Below the pieces are notes generated by a model. It worked only from the letters and a program-made list of their open reading frames with translations, had not been told where the DNA came from and searched no databases. Positions 18,565-28,100 of a stretch of 39,333 nt of DNA are shown in pieces (position 1 is the first letter of the stretch; every line of letters begins with the position of its first letter). The translations under genes and the position numbers were made by a program. The stretch covers positions 62,001-101,333 of the forward strand of contig JABIHA010000087.1 of the NCBI GenBank assembly GCA_018649885.1, in the 5' to 3' direction. Source of the stretch: Bacteriovoracaceae bacterium. Its GTDB lineage: Bacteria > Bdellovibrionota > Bacteriovoracia > Bacteriovoracales > Bacteriovoracaceae.

Positions 18565-19182
18565 ATGAAATTATTTTTCGAGTTAAAGACAACAAAGATT
18601 CTTACCCTATTTCTGATTCTTTTTACAGTCAGCTCCTGTCTAGATACATCTTCTAGACGAAAAGGAATTATTGTTAATGATGACGATGATGATAGTGATG
18701 CTCTTTTAGAATCGCCTACAACCCCTATCGAGAGTTTATTAGATGATGATAGCTTTGAAAGTGATGGAGAAGGTGCTCCAGAATCAGATAGTGGATATGA
18801 GTCTTGCAACTTCAACGATTATTCATACTATGATTCGGCCATAGGTAGCGTCATTGCATGTCAAAACTCGAGTGATAAAACCAAAGTCAAAATTAAAGTT
18901 AGCAAAACTGATTGGTCTGAAATGACCTGTTTCATACCAACTTATAGAGATGGTACTGGATCTTCATTTTACATTGGACCGGCCCAATGTCTGTTTCATG
19001 ATAAAGATGAAGTTTATGAGGGAACCTTTCTCATTGATAGATACGGCTATACCAGCTCTAGTTTTAATGGTCTTATGATCATGAAATACTCAAAAACAAC
19101 AGACTACTTCAATTGTATGCTTGGATATACGAATTGTGACGAATTTAAGGCGCAAGGACAGTATATTGATTACGAGCTTTAA
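18565..19182 (+). CDS. Acidic Cys-containing lipoprotein of unknown function
   Basis: Lipobox VSS-C, D/E/S-rich linker, six further Cys. Confidence 0.7.
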   Translation: MKLFFELKTTKILTLFLILFTVSSCLDTSSRRKGIIVNDDDDDSDALLESPTTPIESLLDDDSFESDGEGAPESDSGYESCNFNDYSYYDSAIGSVIACQNSSDKTKVKIKVSKTDWSEMTCFIPTYRDGTGSSFYIGPAQCLFHDKDEVYEGTFLIDRYGYTSSSFNGLMIMKYSKTTDYFNCMLGYTNCDEFKAQGQYIDYEL

Positions 19183-20081
19183 TTTTTAAGAGTTCCTGTT
19201 AGCTGCTCTCCCCTTTTATAGAGTTTATAAATTTCTCCATCTATACTGGGAAAAGTCAATATGGGAATTAGTAAGTCCTCACCATCTTCAGTCTTTAAAC
19301 TGGCCTTTGTGCAAATAACGAAATAAAAAAAGCTCGTTTCATTTTTTTCAAAAGCCTTTATATATGTAAAGATCTCATCACCACTGTCTTTGTAAAAAAA
19401 GATTTCATCGGGAAAATCAATAGTCTCATTTATACATTCATCATAGAGTTGGAACTTTTCATATGAAATATCTGCATCAGATCTTTTTTCAAGAAGCACG
19501 GCCAAAAATTCTGATTTTTTTTGCTCTAAATTGGCCATTTCATTTGAATCAAGATCAATTTTCACTACATCGTCACTAAAACTCTCTTCTTCAATCTCTT
19601 CAACTTCCTGATCATCACTCATTGTAAAGGTAAGGACCTTCTCTCCTTCTCTGAAGAAATTGAGAATTTCTGTATTTTGAGTCAAAGTTTGATGAAGAAT
19701 GAAGCTAGGTTTCCCTCTGTATACCAGACAGTTTACCACTAAAAAATGATCTTCTTCTTCAATCCTCAGTCTCGAAATTGAAGTGAAAATAGTTTCAGTT
19801 AGCTCATTTGTATTGCGCCAAATTTCATCAGGTTTTTCAAAAACCTCAGTGGTGAACTGAGCAGAGGCAAAAACTTTAATCGAAGACTCATCGTTTGCTT
19901 CATGTGTTAAACGAAGCTCTTTTTCCCTATCTTCAAAAATTTTTATTATTGGTTGGTAGAACTCTACAATACAATCTTCTGAGCAAAAAAGATTTGAAAC
20001 CTTTTCTTCTACCAAAAACATATCTTCAAGTACCGGGACGCTAGATCTACAATTTGTACAAAAATAAGGTAATGGCTTCAA
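19179..20081 (-). CDS. Protein with an N-terminal CxxC...FCSxxC zinc-binding motif and two internal repeats (PDEIW/PDEIF), possibly PBECR/RelE-like fold
   Basis: CTNC...FCSEDC at the N-terminus. Two similar units end in FFREGEKV and LYKRGEQL. The fold assignment is recollection and was not computed. Confidence 0.6.
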   Translation of the reverse strand: MKPLPYFCTNCRSSVPVLEDMFLVEEKVSNLFCSEDCIVEFYQPIIKIFEDREKELRLTHEANDESSIKVFASAQFTTEVFEKPDEIWRNTNELTETIFTSISRLRIEEEDHFLVVNCLVYRGKPSFILHQTLTQNTEILNFFREGEKVLTFTMSDDQEVEEIEEESFSDDVVKIDLDSNEMANLEQKKSEFLAVLLEKRSDADISYEKFQLYDECINETIDFPDEIFFYKDSGDEIFTYIKAFEKNETSFFYFVICTKASLKTEDGEDLLIPILTFPSIDGEIYKLYKRGEQLTGTLKN

Positions 20082-20096
20082 CTGGTACCTGTCTTT

Positions 20097-21089
20097 TTAT
20101 AATGAAAAACTTAAGCCACCATATACAGAATTACCATAGGCACCTGAGATATTGTGAAGCTTAGCTTTTATTAGGTTTTGTTCAGTACTTGGCTCTTTTG
20201 TTCTCAAGTGTGCACCCAACTCTAACTCCATAAAGGGGGTTAAACCTAAGAAAATCTTTGGACTAACAACTGAAAAACTCAAATCATCAGCTAGAGGATT
20301 TTGATCATCATTTCCACTGTCCTCACTAGCACTCCTAATTTTATAGGCTGCCCCTTCCACTGCTAAACGGATATCTGACGAGACCACCCAGCCCAAAGCA
20401 GCTGAGAGTCTAGTAATATTTCCAATTTCAAGTTCCTGAGTGTCTTTTGGTCTTCCTACTAAAATAAGTGAGGCCCCAATAGCTCCAATAAAATTTTCGA
20501 ATCTCTTTGATGTATTCGCCCCTACTTCTTTATCAGTTCGAGATGCACCAAATTCTGACTTATCGACCCCAATACTAAGGGCCCCAAAAAAATCAACTCT
20601 AGCAGCGTATGAAGAAGGACCCATATTTAACCAATTAAAACCGACTTTTAAGTTGGGATTACCTTTTTGATAGTCACTATCCTCTACCAGAGCTTCATCT
20701 GAAGAAGATGCCTGCCAATAGGAAATATCTCCATATATATGGAAAGGAGTTTCTACGTGGCCTGCTACACCAATTGTATCAACTCTACCCTCTGCTTCTG
20801 AAACTGAAACATTTGTAGTGCCATAATAGCTTGATAACACAAGCATCTTAGGCCCAAGCCTATCAACAGACCTTGAGCTACTAGGCCTTGACTGCGCCCC
20901 AGAAGAGCTTTGAATAGAAGGCCTGGCAGAAGGAGCAGCGAATTTAGCCGACCTTTTTGATGAGGAATTAGACACGCTATTTTTGGAATAATCCACAAGC
21001 GCCATGGCCTTCGAAGCGAACACGATCGTAATCAGTAGAGCGCAGAAAATGTAATAATTAAGGTAAGTTGCATTCTTTAAGATTTTCAT
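20097..21089 (-). CDS. Secreted putative outer-membrane beta-barrel protein with a Ser-rich linker
   Basis: Signal peptide ending AMA, S/P/R-rich N-terminal linker, amphipathic strands, C-terminal YGGLSFSL. Confidence 0.65.
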   Translation of the reverse strand: MKILKNATYLNYYIFCALLITIVFASKAMALVDYSKNSVSNSSSKRSAKFAAPSARPSIQSSSGAQSRPSSSRSVDRLGPKMLVLSSYYGTTNVSVSEAEGRVDTIGVAGHVETPFHIYGDISYWQASSSDEALVEDSDYQKGNPNLKVGFNWLNMGPSSYAARVDFFGALSIGVDKSEFGASRTDKEVGANTSKRFENFIGAIGASLILVGRPKDTQELEIGNITRLSAALGWVVSSDIRLAVEGAAYKIRSASEDSGNDDQNPLADDLSFSVVSPKIFLGLTPFMELELGAHLRTKEPSTEQNLIKAKLHNISGAYGNSVYGGLSFSL

Positions 21090-21338
21090 TCCTTGAACAT
21101 CCTTTGTACTTGGGCAAGATTAGTTACTCTAAATAAATTGTATTACCGAGTACTCCTGTGCTCATTATGCCATCTTTTTAGAAGAAAGGTTTCACAAGGA
21201 AAATTTTTTATCGCAGAGTGATTAAATACGTGAAATTATTTTAGTTGGAAAATCATACCCTCTTCGGTCAGGTTCGCTTATAGACTAGGATCATATAAGT
21301 AGCCCCAATATGGGCCATTCAACGTAATTTTCGAGGAA

Positions 21339-21686
21339 ATGATGGAAGAAAAGCTAAAATCAATTAACGAAGGTAATGAGTCCCGATTCTTTCATTCTAA
21401 GGATATCAAAGGTCTACTTGAGATGGGAAAAGCAGGTTATTTCCCACTATTTTATCCAAAATGGCTTGAGAAAATGAATGATGTAAAGCCTGCGAAGAAA
21501 AAGACTTCTAAAAAAGACAATAGAAAGATCAATGAAATCATTAGAAAACTTTCCAAATATGATAGCTTAGATAAAAAAAGAACAGTACTTATGTCTCTAC
21601 CCGATGTTGAAAGAAATCTTTTTGTATCTGCATTTTTAGTTATGGTTGAAGGAAAAATACTCGATAGCAAGCCATCTTTGCAGTAG
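21339..21686 (+). CDS. Hypothetical protein
   Basis: 115-aa ORF with RBS GAGG, first of a three-gene + strand run. Confidence 0.7.
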   Translation: MMEEKLKSINEGNESRFFHSKDIKGLLEMGKAGYFPLFYPKWLEKMNDVKPAKKKTSKKDNRKINEIIRKLSKYDSLDKKRTVLMSLPDVERNLFVSAFLVMVEGKILDSKPSLQ

Positions 21687-21700
21687 CTTAAGGAGCCGAA

Positions 21701-22006
21701 TTGAAGTGTTCACTATTCGTCACACTCATTATTCTAGGTTTATGGATTGCCCCTGCTCAGGCAGAATATAGAGTCTATCAATATTATATAAAGGCCAAAT
21801 TTCCAGTTGTCCAAGATAGTGGTGCCTATCTAGTTACAAGCTCCCTAGACCCGGGGAGCTACATCGCCTACCACGGCGGTTCGGAAAATATTACAATAGA
21901 TTTACTAAGGACTTGGATGTGTCCAGGTCACACAGGAAATATGAGACAATACTGTAAAAGTCCCTACGATAAAGTTAGCGAAATGGAGAAACTGACAAAA
22001 AAATAA
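21701..22006 (+). CDS. Small secreted hypothetical protein
   Basis: TTG start with RBS AAGGAG, signal peptide ending AQA, WMCPGHTG...YC motif. Confidence 0.72.
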   Translation: MKCSLFVTLIILGLWIAPAQAEYRVYQYYIKAKFPVVQDSGAYLVTSSLDPGSYIAYHGGSENITIDLLRTWMCPGHTGNMRQYCKSPYDKVSEMEKLTKK

Positions 22007-22015
22007 GTAGTCATT

Positions 22016-23194
22016 ATGGCAAACGATTTTAAAATTCAAGAAAACAAACAACATCTAAGGGATCTTTCTAGGGCCCAGCAAAATACTATTGCCGCAAAAG
22101 AAAAGCAACTCCAACAACTCAATAAATCTTATAAAGAATCTGAAAAAGAAATGGCCTTAAGCAACTCTCTTAGAATTGACGATAAAAGACGGCAAAATCA
22201 TGTTCAGCTGATGCAAGAAAATGAAAGGACGGCAGAAAAGCTAGAAGATCTTGGCGTAAAATATCAAAAAACTGTTGACCGACTTGATAATGAACTCAAA
22301 TTTGCAAAACAGATTCAACAACAACAAATTACAGAAAGAGAGGGTGATTTCACAAGTAAGTATGCACATAGAGCTTATGAGCATGCAAACTTACTAGATA
22401 AACAACAGTCCAACGCTTCAGAGTCAATGCAATACCTTCACGAGCAAACCAAAACGGAAACTGATAAACTCAGGCTCGAAAGTAACCAAACAGTCGGAAG
22501 ACAGCAACTTGATAATGAAACAAGAGTTCATGAAGATGCTCTTAAATTCAAAACAGCAAAGGATTTCTCCCTAAGAAAGCACAATAAAGATATGACCAAT
22601 CTTCAAAGGCAACAACTTCAGGACATCCACTCTGAGCAGATCTTGCATAATAGAAAATTTGCAAAAATCCAAGATGAACATATTTCAGCACTAAGCGATG
22701 AAAATGCAAAGTTCGATGGAGTTCTCTACACAACAAAGAATGATTTTGAAAGAAAATATGCTGATTTACTCGCCCAACAAAAAACTGATCTTCTGAATAT
22801 GGATAATTATTTCCAACAAGAACTTCAAAAAGTTCAAGCCGGATTTAATTCCCAAAAAACTTTCTACTCCAAAAGAGCTGAAGACCCGTTTTATAGAACA
22901 GTGACCATGAAAAGCCAAGTGATAGACCACCCAAAAAAATATGAAGTGAAAATTCCCATACCTGAACATGAAAAAAATAATGTTCAAGTTTCTGCAAATA
23001 AAAGAGATATTAAACTTACCGTCAATAGAAGGTATGAAGGCGAGCTCGAAAATGCTCAGGAGCAAACCCTAAGCTCTGCCCAAAAATACGAAGTCATAAC
23101 AAAGAATTTTCCGGTCGCTGAAATCGTTGACCCCAACGGAGTCGAAAAATCCTACAAAGATGGCGCCGTCCACTTCTTTCTAAAAAAAGCTTAA
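22016..23194 (+). CDS. Long coiled-coil protein with a C-terminal Hsp20/alpha-crystallin domain
   Basis: About 290 aa of Q/E/K-rich heptads, then DHPKKYEVKIPIP...VQVSANKRDIKLT...FPVAEIVDPNGVEKSYKDGAVHFFLKK. Confidence 0.78.
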   Translation: MANDFKIQENKQHLRDLSRAQQNTIAAKEKQLQQLNKSYKESEKEMALSNSLRIDDKRRQNHVQLMQENERTAEKLEDLGVKYQKTVDRLDNELKFAKQIQQQQITEREGDFTSKYAHRAYEHANLLDKQQSNASESMQYLHEQTKTETDKLRLESNQTVGRQQLDNETRVHEDALKFKTAKDFSLRKHNKDMTNLQRQQLQDIHSEQILHNRKFAKIQDEHISALSDENAKFDGVLYTTKNDFERKYADLLAQQKTDLLNMDNYFQQELQKVQAGFNSQKTFYSKRAEDPFYRTVTMKSQVIDHPKKYEVKIPIPEHEKNNVQVSANKRDIKLTVNRRYEGELENAQEQTLSSAQKYEVITKNFPVAEIVDPNGVEKSYKDGAVHFFLKKA

Positions 23195-23270
23195 CCCACT
23201 CTCCTGCCTTTATATTTTGTGGAAATCGACTGCATGGAACCCCAGTCAATTCAATTTTCGAATTTAAAAT

Positions 23271-23558
23271 TCAATGATCAATTGCAAACTCATCCTGAAG
23301 ACAACTCTCATCAATCACAGCATCCTCAATAATCTGCACATCACTCACCCTTGAAAACTCAGGCCCTTTTGGCAAAAAAGTAAGCAGTGTATCTACATCC
23401 TCAATTTCCCCGCAGGCCAATACTTCAACTCGCCCATCAGCTAAATTTCTCACAAGGCCTCGCAAATTGGGAATATTGAGATGAACATAACTAAGCACCG
23501 ATCTTCTGTAGCCAACACCTTGCACCCTACCTGAAATAAAAACCTGAATTTTTCTCAT
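23271..23558 (-). CDS. acyP: Acylphosphatase
   Basis: ISGRVQGVGYR, GLVRNLADGRVEV and KGPEFSRV motifs. Confidence 0.93.
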   Translation of the reverse strand: MRKIQVFISGRVQGVGYRRSVLSYVHLNIPNLRGLVRNLADGRVEVLACGEIEDVDTLLTFLPKGPEFSRVSDVQIIEDAVIDESCLQDEFAIDH

Positions 23559-23620
23559 ATTGCCCTTTATTACCTACTCAGAATCCCCCCAAAGCTATAT
23601 TATTACCCCAAGGAGCAATT

Positions 23621-24697
23621 TTGAAAAGACCACACTTAGTACATTTTATTTCACTTGCATCTCAAACAAGTATAAATATTCGTGCCAGTTTAACTCTTGC
23701 AGAAAAATCGAAACTATCTATTTTTGATAGCGCTGTGGCCCCTAATTCCCTGACTACTCCCCGTCAAAGTCTGGGCCTATTATCAAGACAGCACTTTAGG
23801 ATGAAAATCGTTGGGTTAAATGTTTACGGCGATCAAATATTTTCAAAAGTATTTAACTCGGATTCTTTTGGCAATTTTACTTTTAAGATCCCTCAAGGTG
23901 AACAAAATGGCAAAATCGCCCACCTATTAGCATTTGAAACAAGCTTCTACTCGGGCCTAGAAATCCACTTAGGCGCCTTTATTCCCATAAAAGTTGAACG
24001 ACCCTTAAAATTGGTCATATCTGACTTTGACAAAACACTTGTTGATACAAGATATTCTTCTGCAAAAGACCTCTACCGATCTCTTAACAGACCTTTGTCC
24101 TACTTCCCTAGGGTGGATGCAAGTATTGATCTTATCAGAGGTTATATAAACTCTGGTCACCAACCATTTATCTTGACTGCTTCTCCCCACTTTTATGAAA
24201 ATGCGTTACGAGATTGGCTCTATAAAAATGAAATTTTCACTGCCGGTATATTTTTAAAAGATTACCGCCATGTTTTTTCATTTGATGACGGCCTTCTCAC
24301 TACTAAAGATATTAAAAACCAAGGATTTTATAAGCTAAACCACCTTGTTAATATTTTACTTCTCACTGGAATTCCTGAAGAGCTAGTATTAATGGGCGAT
24401 GGCTTTGAGTCAGATATGCTTATTTACAAGTCCCTTGCACTTTTATTAAAAGATGAAGTTGAACCATGGACGCTTTGGAATAAATTACGAGGCCTTGGTC
24501 CCTTCCAACTAACCACCAAACAAAACTCCCGGTTTTTGAACAAAATTTATCAACTAGACTCCCTGCTGAAATCTTCAGGATCGCCTGATCCACTAATAAC
24601 TATTCATATTCGTTGTAAAAAAGAGATGGAGCTTCCTAAAATGCCACTTGAGATTTTTAATAGAGCAAAAGTTGATGTGCGCAGGTATCAAGCCTAA
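23621..24697 (+). CDS. HAD-superfamily App1/LNS2-like phosphatase (possible phosphatidate phosphatase)
   Basis: DxDxT motif ISDFDKTL, motif II LTASP, GIFLKD, motif IV LMGDGFESD. TTG start with RBS AAGGAG. Confidence 0.75.
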   Translation: MKRPHLVHFISLASQTSINIRASLTLAEKSKLSIFDSAVAPNSLTTPRQSLGLLSRQHFRMKIVGLNVYGDQIFSKVFNSDSFGNFTFKIPQGEQNGKIAHLLAFETSFYSGLEIHLGAFIPIKVERPLKLVISDFDKTLVDTRYSSAKDLYRSLNRPLSYFPRVDASIDLIRGYINSGHQPFILTASPHFYENALRDWLYKNEIFTAGIFLKDYRHVFSFDDGLLTTKDIKNQGFYKLNHLVNILLLTGIPEELVLMGDGFESDMLIYKSLALLLKDEVEPWTLWNKLRGLGPFQLTTKQNSRFLNKIYQLDSLLKSSGSPDPLITIHIRCKKEMELPKMPLEIFNRAKVDVRRYQA

Positions 24698-24705
24698 CGT
24701 TACTA

Positions 24706-24930
24706 TTACCCAAGCAAAAGAGATGGGGAAAATAACACAATGACTCCTACTGCCATGATCAAACCAAAACGATGAACTTTTTCACCATTTGAACCCATTT
24801 TTGCGGTGAGGGGCAAACTATTGAAGTTAAAGTTAATCACCTCTAAATAGACTCTAATAAGGGCTATTATCACAAGAATAACCTCTGCCCAATTGCTGTT
24901 AGAACTTCCTTGATTTATGATAAGGTCCAT
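24706..24930 (-). CDS. Small two-TM membrane protein
   Basis: Two hydrophobic segments. ATG at 24930 preceded by AGGGA. Fills the gap between its neighbours. Confidence 0.6.
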   Translation of the reverse strand: MDLIINQGSSNSNWAEVILVIIALIRVYLEVINFNFNSLPLTAKMGSNGEKVHRFGLIMAVGVIVLFSPSLLLG

Positions 24931-24958
24931 AGTCAAAATTCCCTAAAAAGGATGTGGT

Positions 24959-26596
24959 ATGAGTACCAACACCTGTGGCATTGGCCACATAGACCTTATC
25001 GGAGATGCAGAGGACAACTTTTATAATATGGGGGTAAGGGATAAAAATTCCTACCGCAAGACCATGGAACACTTGCAACTCATCACTCAAAGCAGCTCCA
25101 AGGCGGCCAATAAAATTGTAAATTCAGGGCTTTCAGTTATTGCCCTCAGAGTAATCAATAAAAATCCCGAGTATTCTCGTTGGTTAGAGGCCTACTCAGA
25201 CGGCCTTGGAATTTCACTTGAAGATATGGCCGGGGTTTATCTTTTACCAGAAATTATGAGCTCCATTGAAAAATGGATACCAGGCCTAAACCTCCCGATA
25301 TTTGGATGCTCTAGCTTATTTGGTCTCGATTCAAATTCTAATCCCATTCACGGCAGAATTTTTGACTACGCTTTGGTTGGTACCTACGATCAGTTTGAAA
25401 GAACGGTCCACTACAAACTAAAAGGAGGGCCCTCTATTTGGTCCGCAAGCTCTTCTGGAATTTTCCTACCATCTCTAACTTGCATGAATGAGCACGGCAT
25501 AACTCTGGCCGTTCATCAAAAGGCCAATCGTTTCTTTGACTGGAACGGCTCTCCCCTATTTAAAATTGTTTATAACTTAATGAGAAGCTGTGAAAATAAG
25601 GCCGACGTCATAAAGTATTTGAAAAAAGTGCACTCAATGACTTCATGGTGTCTAAACTTAAGTTTTGCAGACTCAAATGATATTATGTCAGTAGATATAA
25701 CTGGAAAGAAAATAGCCAAAATAGAAACTGAACTAGTGCCAGGAAAATTTAGCTACTTTAATAATGCTCCCATAGAAAACTCCAAACACCACACAAGCTG
25801 TCAGCCATTTACCCATCATGAATATTGTCAAATGCGAGCAGCTTCAATGAACGAAAAGAGTGCCCCCTACCAAGGCCTGCCTGTAAGTGCAGAAGATGTA
25901 CTAAAAATGCTGGCACTCCCAAAAGCGATTAAAGCTGAAAGTGCAAAAGAGTGGAACTTAGATACAGTGACCGCCTCAAGTGTTCAAATTGCGACTATGA
26001 ATGCAGCTGATGGACATGCTCTGTTAGTCCCCGGGAGTGCACCAAAATACTTAAAAGGTGAGGCCGTCTCACAAAATGGAATTTGGTCTAAGATGTCATG
26101 TGAAACTATCAACATTCCAGTTGATAAAGTAGATGAGAATTATATGCTCGGCATGTCTGAATATTCAAAAGCAATGGCCTTTAATGACAAAAAAAATAAA
26201 CGCTTTAGCTACCACCATATTCAAATGGCCGAAGAGTACCTTCATCACTATCCTGAAAAATGGGTAGCACAATTTTTCTTCCACGTTTTTCAATATATTG
26301 ATACTAAAGATAGAAGAGATTACGAGATTCTTCTCAACAAGTTTAATACTGTCTCAAAAAATCTTCCCCCTGGGCTTGATGAGCAGGCCAAACTCTTTAT
26401 TTTTCGTATTGAAACAATTCTTCACGGCAAAAGTAAGATGTCAGCATCTGAGTTCAAAATCCCTGCATTAAAGGGCCTATATGAGTTTGAAAAAATGCTT
26501 AAACCCTTTATGCTTAAATTACTCAAGAAGATGATTAACCCTCGACTCGACGCACTGGATGTCCTCTACACCTACTACAAAGGTGATTTTAAATAG
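24959..26596 (+). CDS. Peptidase C45 family Ntn-hydrolase (acyl-CoA:6-APA acyltransferase-like) with a helical C-terminal extension
   Basis: LEAYSDGLG, putative autocleavage site FG|CSS, HGRIFDY, CMNEHGITLA. Confidence 0.8.
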   Translation: MSTNTCGIGHIDLIGDAEDNFYNMGVRDKNSYRKTMEHLQLITQSSSKAANKIVNSGLSVIALRVINKNPEYSRWLEAYSDGLGISLEDMAGVYLLPEIMSSIEKWIPGLNLPIFGCSSLFGLDSNSNPIHGRIFDYALVGTYDQFERTVHYKLKGGPSIWSASSSGIFLPSLTCMNEHGITLAVHQKANRFFDWNGSPLFKIVYNLMRSCENKADVIKYLKKVHSMTSWCLNLSFADSNDIMSVDITGKKIAKIETELVPGKFSYFNNAPIENSKHHTSCQPFTHHEYCQMRAASMNEKSAPYQGLPVSAEDVLKMLALPKAIKAESAKEWNLDTVTASSVQIATMNAADGHALLVPGSAPKYLKGEAVSQNGIWSKMSCETINIPVDKVDENYMLGMSEYSKAMAFNDKKNKRFSYHHIQMAEEYLHHYPEKWVAQFFFHVFQYIDTKDRRDYEILLNKFNTVSKNLPPGLDEQAKLFIFRIETILHGKSKMSASEFKIPALKGLYEFEKMLKPFMLKLLKKMINPRLDALDVLYTYYKGDFK

Positions 26597-26629
26597 ACAA
26601 AAAATAGGCAGAAGGCTAATGTTCACGCC

Positions 26630-27217
26630 ATGGGACTACTCTACACAATGCCTATTTCTAAGGAAGAAACAGACTTTGTCACCATAGGTGATAAAGGCCT
26701 TGATATCACCGTCAAAAGCTATGGACTACCCGCTATATTTTGGGCCTATAAGCTAGGTATTGTGGGTGTGATGATGATGCTATTTCTCGCCATCAAAAGT
26801 CCACTAGAAACGCTTTTCAGTAACGGCGAGATCATCGACATTATTTTAGTCGTTTCGGTTTATGCTGTTTTTATCGTATGCTTTCTCACTCTCTTTTCTA
26901 TGTTTTTTTATTACAAAAAAATTCATAGAAAAAACCAAATGCTAACAGTTTCACATCACTTATTCGGAATCAAAATAAAACAAAATAGCTTCCAGCTGAA
27001 CTCCGAGAATCCATTTAGTGTTGATCACTATTTAACAAGCCCAAATATGGCCCGCATTGGTAAAAATCATCAAATGTCTGGCTTTGAAAATAAAGGGTAT
27101 TTTGAACTATTTGCATACGACCAGTCAGGAACAACGCTAGTCATCGATAGGAGTAACAGAAAAAGCGATCTCCATTCGCTTTGTCAGCTTCTTAGTGGCC
27201 TACTCAGTGATGCTTGA
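26630..27217 (+). CDS. Hypothetical membrane protein (2 TM)
   Basis: 195-aa ORF with two hydrophobic helices. Confidence 0.7.
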   Translation: MGLLYTMPISKEETDFVTIGDKGLDITVKSYGLPAIFWAYKLGIVGVMMMLFLAIKSPLETLFSNGEIIDIILVVSVYAVFIVCFLTLFSMFFYYKKIHRKNQMLTVSHHLFGIKIKQNSFQLNSENPFSVDHYLTSPNMARIGKNHQMSGFENKGYFELFAYDQSGTTLVIDRSNRKSDLHSLCQLLSGLLSDA

Positions 27218-27328
27218 TCCAGAGTTTACCATTCGATAAATCATGTACTGAACTTTTGATTTAATCCAAATTTTGGCCATAAGAACCATGAATCTTTTGC
27301 TGTTTAGATTTGCTGGATTAATAGGCAT
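27200..27328 (-). CDS. Putative 42-aa small protein (not in the ORF track)
   Basis: MPINPANLNSKRFMVLMAKIWIKSKVQYMIYRMVNSGSSITE*, with strong RBS AAGGGAG 7 nt before the ATG. Confidence 0.55.
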   Translation of the reverse strand: MPINPANLNSKRFMVLMAKIWIKSKVQYMIYRMVNSGSSITE

Positions 27329-27547
27329 AATAAAACTCCCTTATAAGTCATTTTCGAGACGCCCCCAATAAGTGGTACTTCTTAAGGATTCGTCATTAGA
27401 GAATGTATACAACACATTGCATCCTAAATCTGCCGACTATGACTATACTCTGAAAAAATACCATCCCATAGATTTCAAGCACTTAGAAGTTAAGATTTAA
27501 TGAATGTTTCATGTCAGTTGAAATAATGAGGAGTTAGGGCCGTGAGT

Positions 27548-28096
27548 TTATTCTTCGTCTTCAGAGGAATATTTGAATTGAACAGGCCTTTTATTGCCAC
27601 CCTTTTTAGACTTTGGATCCAGTGGATTTTTTTCTTTTTCCCAAGGCTTTTTCCATTCCTCTGCCTCCTCTTTGCGCTTTTGTTCGCGCTCAGATTGCTC
27701 AGCCTGGACAATGTCTTTTTTCTTGAGTTTTACAGCGCTTGGCTTAAACTTGGCACTCTTTTTTTGAGTGTGGCTTTCATCTCTTTTTTGGTTGTGAGCT
27801 GAGACATCAACTGTCACATCTCCATGCACTTTTAGCTGACAAGATAATCTCTCTTTAGTGATGTGGTAGACGTTTCCTAAAAGTTTTAATTCATCAAACT
27901 CGGCAGGTGAAATACTTTCTCCGCCTGAGCAAATTTTGACAATACAATCACTGCAACTGGCAACTCCACCACAGTTAGACTTAATGTAAACACCCGCCTC
28001 TTTCAAGACGTCAAGAAGTGGTTGTCCCTCGCTGACATAAACAGTCTGCTGAGAAGGTAAAAGAGTTACTTTGTACTTATCCATATACACTACCAA
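27548..28096 (-). CDS. 2Fe-2S ferredoxin-domain protein with a charged C-terminal tail
   Basis: CGGVASCSDC and RLSCQ cluster ligands, followed by about 80 aa of K/E-rich tail. Start could be 28084. Confidence 0.88.
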   Translation of the reverse strand: MVVYMDKYKVTLLPSQQTVYVSEGQPLLDVLKEAGVYIKSNCGGVASCSDCIVKICSGGESISPAEFDELKLLGNVYHITKERLSCQLKVHGDVTVDVSAHNQKRDESHTQKKSAKFKPSAVKLKKKDIVQAEQSEREQKRKEEAEEWKKPWEKEKNPLDPKSKKGGNKRPVQFKYSSEDEE

Positions 28097-28100
28097 ATTA

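Noticed and set aside
18679..18700. GAT/GAC run encoding poly-Asp
   Set aside because: Short, imperfect low-complexity linker after a lipobox; not a credible contingency repeat.
21261..21288. ACCGAAGA as another sigma28 -10 (also GCCGACTA at 27432)
   Set aside because: No TAAA-like -35 at the expected spacing.
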